Assembly: GCA_963665775.2 (NCBI GenBank)
Contig: CAXXTF010000002.1
Location: 544,001 to 608,000 of the forward strand
Source of the DNA: Dehalococcoidia bacterium
GTDB taxonomy: Bacteria > Chloroflexota > Dehalococcoidia > SM23-28-2 > RBG-16-64-32
Length of the DNA: 64,000 nucleotides
Direction: 5' to 3'
The notes beneath the pieces are model-generated. The model did not search any database. It was not told the DNA's origin and worked only from the letters and a program-made list of their open reading frames with translations. The translations under genes were made by a program, and so were the position numbers. Below, in pieces: positions 59,720 to 64,000 of this stretch (the stretch's first letter is position 1; the number at the start of each line of letters is the position of its first letter).

Positions 59720-60079
59720 ATGGCTATGGAAGTGAAGGTCACCAGCGAGAAGGGCTGCTGCGACGTGGAGGAGGAGCCGCTCAGGGAGGCGGCGTCCGCT
59801 ACGGATAGCGCCCTGGCCGATGCGGCAACGCTGTTCAAGGCGCTCTCCGATGAAACGCGGTTGGGCATCCTGCGAACGATGGCGCACTCTGGAGTAGAGG
59901 TGTGCGAGTGTGAGATAGTGCCCCTGTTTGGGCTATCGCAGTCGACGATCTCCTACCACCTGAAGGTGTTGCGCGAGGCGGGGTTCGTGGAGTGCGAGAA
60001 GCGGGGGCTGTGGAGGTACTGTAGAGTCAACCCGCGCGCTTTGATGGCCGCGGTAAAGACGCTGGCCGAGCTGGCCTAA
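59720..60079 (+). CDS. arsR: ArsR/SmtB-family regulator
   Basis: LFKALSDETRL.IL, EVCECEI, LSQSTISYHLKVLREAG; N-terminal CC. Confidence 0.9.
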   Translation: MAMEVKVTSEKGCCDVEEEPLREAASATDSALADAATLFKALSDETRLGILRTMAHSGVEVCECEIVPLFGLSQSTISYHLKVLREAGFVECEKRGLWRYCRVNPRALMAAVKTLAELA

Positions 60080-60095
60080 ATCGATAGATATCGAT
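60080..60095. promoter_or_regulatory. Putative ArsR operator upstream of arsM
   Basis: ATCGA-TAGATA-TCGAT palindrome; same pattern as the reconstructed arsR promoter site ATTGA-CAACAG-TCGAT. Confidence 0.55.
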
Positions 60096-60112
60096 AGAGA
60101 GGAGGGTTACCC

Positions 60113-60952
60113 ATGACCACCGAGCGAGAGATCAAGGAGACGGTGCGCGAGCGTTATGCTGAGAGCGCACGTCAAGTAAAAGCGGCGGACGAGACGTCCT
60201 GTTGCGGGTCCGACTGTTGCGGGTCCGAGACTACGGCGGACGTGACCAGCTCCAAGCTCTACACGACGGACGAGCTCCAGGAGCTGCCGCAGGAGGCGGT
60301 GGCCGCCTCCCTGGGCTGCGGCAACCCGGTGGCGATGGCGGAGCTTCGCCAGGGCGAGGTAGTGCTGGACCTCGGCTCCGGCGGTGGCATCGACGTGCTC
60401 CTCTCGGCGCGTAGGGTCGGTCCCACGGGCAAGGCCTACGGGTTGGACATGACGGACGAGATGCTGGAGCTGGCCAGGGAGAACCAGCGCCAGGCCCGAG
60501 TCACCAACGCCGAGTTCCTAAAGGGCGAAATGGAGGATTTACCCCTACCGAACGGCTCCGTGAACGTGATCATAAGCAATTGCGTGATCAACCTTTCGCC
60601 GGACAAAGACCGGGTGCTACGGGAAGCGTACCGGGTGTTGGAGCCGGGCGGCCGCATCGCCATCGCGGACATCCTGACCAGGGGAGAGATGCCACCAGCG
60701 CTGAAGCGCGATATGGAGCTATGGGCGGGCTGCGTAGCGGGAGCGCTATCGGAGGTAGCGTACCGGAGCAAGCTAGAGGCAGCCGGTTTCCAAGAAGTGG
60801 AGATCGAATCGGTGCCTGAGCACACAGCCACGGGGCTCCGGCGATCGTATGAAGGAGAAGTGCCGGGAACAGAGGACACGCCACCCGGCCCTGCCCACGC
60901 GGAGCGGCTGGGGCTCGCCAGTGTCATCGTGCGGGCAGGGAAGCCGCGGTAG
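60113..60952 (+). CDS. arsM: Arsenite S-adenosylmethionine methyltransferase
   Basis: VRERY, SCCG, SLGCGNP, VLDLGSGGGID, ISNCVINLSPDK, WAGCVAGAL. Confidence 0.9.
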   Translation: MTTEREIKETVRERYAESARQVKAADETSCCGSDCCGSETTADVTSSKLYTTDELQELPQEAVAASLGCGNPVAMAELRQGEVVLDLGSGGGIDVLLSARRVGPTGKAYGLDMTDEMLELARENQRQARVTNAEFLKGEMEDLPLPNGSVNVIISNCVINLSPDKDRVLREAYRVLEPGGRIAIADILTRGEMPPALKRDMELWAGCVAGALSEVAYRSKLEAAGFQEVEIESVPEHTATGLRRSYEGEVPGTEDTPPGPAHAERLGLASVIVRAGKPR

Positions 60953-61036
60953 GAAGGGCCGTCGTTCAGACGACAAATTGGAGAGCGGCGGCGAAGTCCT
61001 ACGCCGCTATAGAACTAGAAGGGGCCACCCACGGAT

Positions 61037-61474
61037 ATGGAGAAGGATCTGGAAGCCAGAGTGCGAGAGCTGGAGGACGTTCGCGCGATCATGGCTCTGG
61101 AGGCGGATTACGCGCGTGCGGCCGATAGCCTTGATCCGGAAGGATACAGCAACGTCTTTGCCCATGACGGTGTGATTGAGCTCAACCAAGATGGTGATCA
61201 GGAGACCCAGCGTGTCATAGGCCGGGAGGCGATCGCTGGATTCTGCCGCGAGGTGATCGCTAAGCGCTATAAGTTCGCTATCCACAGCCTCCACAACCCC
61301 CGGATCGTTATCGATGGGGATACGGCCACCGGAAAGCTCTACTTCGAGGTAACGAGCCACACCGTCGCGGATGAAACGGGATGGAGCGCCGGCTCTTACC
61401 AGGACGAGTACGTGAGAACGGATGAGGGGTGGCTGATTAGCAAGAAGGTCATCACGTTCTCATTCCGTGGCTAA
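61037..61474 (+). CDS. SnoaL/NTF2-like protein
   Basis: LEDVRAIMAL..DY...D, H.LHNPRI.IDGDTATG, Y.DEYVRTDEGWLI. Confidence 0.85.
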   Translation: MEKDLEARVRELEDVRAIMALEADYARAADSLDPEGYSNVFAHDGVIELNQDGDQETQRVIGREAIAGFCREVIAKRYKFAIHSLHNPRIVIDGDTATGKLYFEVTSHTVADETGWSAGSYQDEYVRTDEGWLISKKVITFSFRG

Positions 61475-61503
61475 CGCAGAACCCGGCCCGCGGCGGCCTA
61501 CTG

Positions 61504-62007
61504 CTACCCGAATAGCCGAACGGCCGTCTCCGCGACACGCCGACCCAGGGCGCGGGCCTGCTGACGGTCCTCCTCGCTGACCTGACCGTGAGCCGTGGCC
61601 CCGTAGTACGAGCCGGAGAGCCGCATCTCCTCCGTCCAGGGCAAACCGACGACCAGCATGCCGTGGGCGAACAGGAGGTGGAGCAGCTGCAAAAGAGTGG
61701 CCTCGATGCCGGCAGAGCGGGACAAGCCCGCCGTGAACGCGGCGCCTACCTTACCCGCTAGCTCACCGCTCCGCCAGAGGTCGCCCGAGTAGTCGATCCA
61801 GTCCTTGAGCTTGCCGGTCATGCCGCTCCAGTTGGGAGAGCCCAGGATGAGGGCCTCGCACTGTGTCAGCTCCCCGACATCGGCTTCGTCCAGGCGGCGA
61901 TAGAGGAGACGGGCGTCGGGAACGGAGCGTACGCCCTCGGCGATGGCTTCCGCCAGCTGCTCCGTGAGGCCGCCGCGGGAGTCGAACAGGAGAAGGACGG
62001 TGGCCAT
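61504..62007 (-). CDS. WrbA-like flavodoxin-fold NAD(P)H oxidoreductase
   Basis: SRGGLTEQLA, LGSPNWSG, LAGKVGAAF, GSYYGA. Confidence 0.85.
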   Translation of the reverse strand: MATVLLLFDSRGGLTEQLAEAIAEGVRSVPDARLLYRRLDEADVGELTQCEALILGSPNWSGMTGKLKDWIDYSGDLWRSGELAGKVGAAFTAGLSRSAGIEATLLQLLHLLFAHGMLVVGLPWTEEMRLSGSYYGATAHGQVSEEDRQQARALGRRVAETAVRLFG

Positions 62008-62022
62008 GGCAGAGGAGGCCGC

Positions 62023-63102
62023 TCAGGCCCGCTCCTTCGTGGCGATGAAGCAGAAGTTGATGCCGCCTCCGGGCGTGCTCTCTACCGTCACCTGACCGAA
62101 TCCGGCCTCAGCCAGCATCTGTCGCGCCTTCTGCTCCCCCCACATCGTGCCCAGCCCCGCGCCACCCAGCCCCAGCGATATCGTCATGCAGCGCATCGTC
62201 GAACTGGCGTACAGAAACGGCCCCATCGGCAGATCCAGGTTCTCGTGCAGGTTGCTCGAGGCGCCGATATCGACCATCAGGAGCGTCCCACCGGGCCGAA
62301 GAGCGTCGACGATCGCCGCCAATACCCTGGCGGGCTGGGCCTGGTCATGAATCACATCGAAGGCCGTAATAAGGTCGTACTCACTGCCCATATCTAAGTC
62401 CGCGATGTCCCTCACCGCAAAGCGGGCGTTGGCAAGACCCATCTGGGCGGCCTCTGCCCTTCCCCCGATCGCCCCCTCCTCAACAAAGTCGTAGCCGGTG
62501 AACCGACTGTTGGCGAAGGCTTGGGCCATCAGATTGACGGCGTGCCCGGAGCCGCAGCCGAGATCGGCTACGTCGATACCGGCCTGTAAGCGCGGGATCA
62601 ATCCGGGGACGAGCGGAAGCGTCACGTCGACGAGCGTCCTATCGAACGTCGCGCTGGACATCTCGGACATCAGCTGCGGGAAGCGGGGATAAGCCGAGTA
62701 GGGCACGCCGCCACCGTCGCGGAAGCTATCGATGACCCTCTCTTCGACGTTGCCGTACATAGCGACCAGCTGGGTAACCGCCGCCATGTTCGCCGGCCCG
62801 GCCGCCCGAGTGAGAGCGGCGGCATGCTCCTGGGGAAGACTGTAGGTGGCTCCGGCGGGGTCGTAGTCGATGATGCGGCCGGTGACCATGGCGCCCAGCC
62901 ACTCCCGCACGTATCGCTCGTTTAGCCGGGCCGCCTCGGCGATCTGGTGGCTCGTTGAGGGAGGCAGGCTAGCCATAGTGTCGAACAATCCGACCTGATG
63001 GCCGATGCTGGTCATCAAGGCGAGCGCCGCCTCGTCCATGATGCCGATCATCTGCCCCGCAAACGCCTCCACCCGTGCCTTATCGAGCTCTTGAGTCGCC
63101 AT
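62023..63102 (-). CDS. SAM-dependent methyltransferase with N-terminal winged helix (Rv2258c-like)
   Basis: LNERYVREWLGAM, DLGCGSGH, FDVIHD, CMTISL..GG.GLGTMWGE. Confidence 0.88.
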   Translation of the reverse strand: MATQELDKARVEAFAGQMIGIMDEAALALMTSIGHQVGLFDTMASLPPSTSHQIAEAARLNERYVREWLGAMVTGRIIDYDPAGATYSLPQEHAAALTRAAGPANMAAVTQLVAMYGNVEERVIDSFRDGGGVPYSAYPRFPQLMSEMSSATFDRTLVDVTLPLVPGLIPRLQAGIDVADLGCGSGHAVNLMAQAFANSRFTGYDFVEEGAIGGRAEAAQMGLANARFAVRDIADLDMGSEYDLITAFDVIHDQAQPARVLAAIVDALRPGGTLLMVDIGASSNLHENLDLPMGPFLYASSTMRCMTISLGLGGAGLGTMWGEQKARQMLAEAGFGQVTVESTPGGGINFCFIATKERA

Positions 63103-63126
63103 GGGTCCCTCCGCCCGCTCTTCGTT

Positions 63127-64000
63127 TCAGCCCTTCCTGGCGATGCAGTAGTAGTTCCTGTCGCCTGGAACCCGCTTGAACTCCAGGCGGGAGAACCCCG
63201 CCTCGGTCAGCATCTGCCGCGCCTTCTGCTCCCCCCACATCATGCCCAGACCCTCCCCACCCTCCGCCAGCGATACCGTCATACAGCGCATCGTGGAGTT
63301 GGCGTACAGGTACGGCCCCATCGGCAGATCGAGGTTCTCGTGCAGGTTGCTCGAGGCGGCGATATCGACCATCAAGAATATCCCATCGGGCCGAAGGGCC
63401 CTGGCGATCCCCCGCAAGGTCTGGGTGGGCCGGGCGAGGTCGTGGATAACGTCGAAGGCGGTGATGAAATCGTACCGGCCGGGCCTGCCCAGATCGGCAG
63501 CGTCCTTAACCTCAAATCGAACGTTGGCGAGCCCCATCTGGGCAGCCTCGGTCCTGGCCGCGGCCAGCGCCTCCTCGGAGATATCGTAGCCCCTGAGCCG
63601 GCTACGGGGGAAGGCTTCAGCCATCAGGTTGAGGGCGTGGCCGGAGCCGCAGCCCACGTCGGCCACATCGATGCCCGCCTCCAAGCGCGGCACCAGGCCC
63701 GGGACCAGGGGCAAACTTCTGTTGGTAAGCGTCTCGTCGTACCGGGGCCGCGTCGCGTCTGCTATCAGTTGAGGATAGCCAGCAAAGGCGGATAGGGGCA
63801 CACCGCCGCCCTTTCGAAAGCACTCAACGATCCCTCCCTCGACCCTGGAGAGCAGGCCGATGCGCTTAGTACCGGCAGCCATGTTGCGCGGCCCCGCGGA
63901 CCGGGTAAGGGAAATCGCATGCTCTGGGGGCAGGGTATAGGTGCCGCCAGCCGGGTCATAGTCGATGATGCGGCCCGTGACCAGAGCCCCCAGCCACTCA
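63127..64000 (-). CDS. Second Rv2258c-like methyltransferase (5' end beyond the window)
   Basis: EWLGAL-like sequence at the window edge, DVGCGSGH, FDVIHD, CMTVSLAEGGEGLGMMWGE. Confidence 0.85.
   Translation of the reverse strand, partial: EWLGALVTGRIIDYDPAGGTYTLPPEHAISLTRSAGPRNMAAGTKRIGLLSRVEGGIVECFRKGGGVPLSAFAGYPQLIADATRPRYDETLTNRSLPLVPGLVPRLEAGIDVADVGCGSGHALNLMAEAFPRSRLRGYDISEEALAAARTEAAQMGLANVRFEVKDAADLGRPGRYDFITAFDVIHDLARPTQTLRGIARALRPDGIFLMVDIAASSNLHENLDLPMGPYLYANSTMRCMTVSLAEGGEGLGMMWGEQKARQMLTEAGFSRLEFKRVPGDRNYYCIARKG

Overview
GC-rich bacterial chromosome segment, mostly housekeeping genes. Gene content (large SRP RNA, LL-DAP aminotransferase, archaeal-type phosphoglycerate mutase, deazaflavin-dependent reductase, many near-leaderless starts) suggests Chloroflexota, possibly Dehalococcoidia-like; this is inference only. 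Left end: sufC-sufB-(sufD), cysteine desulfurase, and isolated complex I Fe-S subunit homologues (NuoB, NuoI, NuoG-like) interleaved with nickel SOD sodN and its maturation peptidase. Middle: tRNA-Lys, tRNA-Leu, oppDF, an intact IS1380, lepA, galU, large SRP RNA, G5/3D protein-rsmA-ispE, DinG, rnc-smc-ftsY, and guaA/purD/purE interrupted by hicBA and two orphan genes. Right part: pgk-apgM-tpiA-miaA-dapF-dapL and hflX. The most unusual item is a 2,002-bp IS1595-family element (25-bp IRs, 8-bp TSD) carrying a proteasome-beta-like Thr-Ntn hydrolase passenger gene, inserted into the promoter/operator of arsR-arsM. Also noted: a candidate 6S RNA, REP-like palindromes (nested intergenic copies and in-frame copies inside two proteins), a PHD-like zinc finger and a heptamer repeat spacer. 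All calls are from motif reading; no database searches were run.
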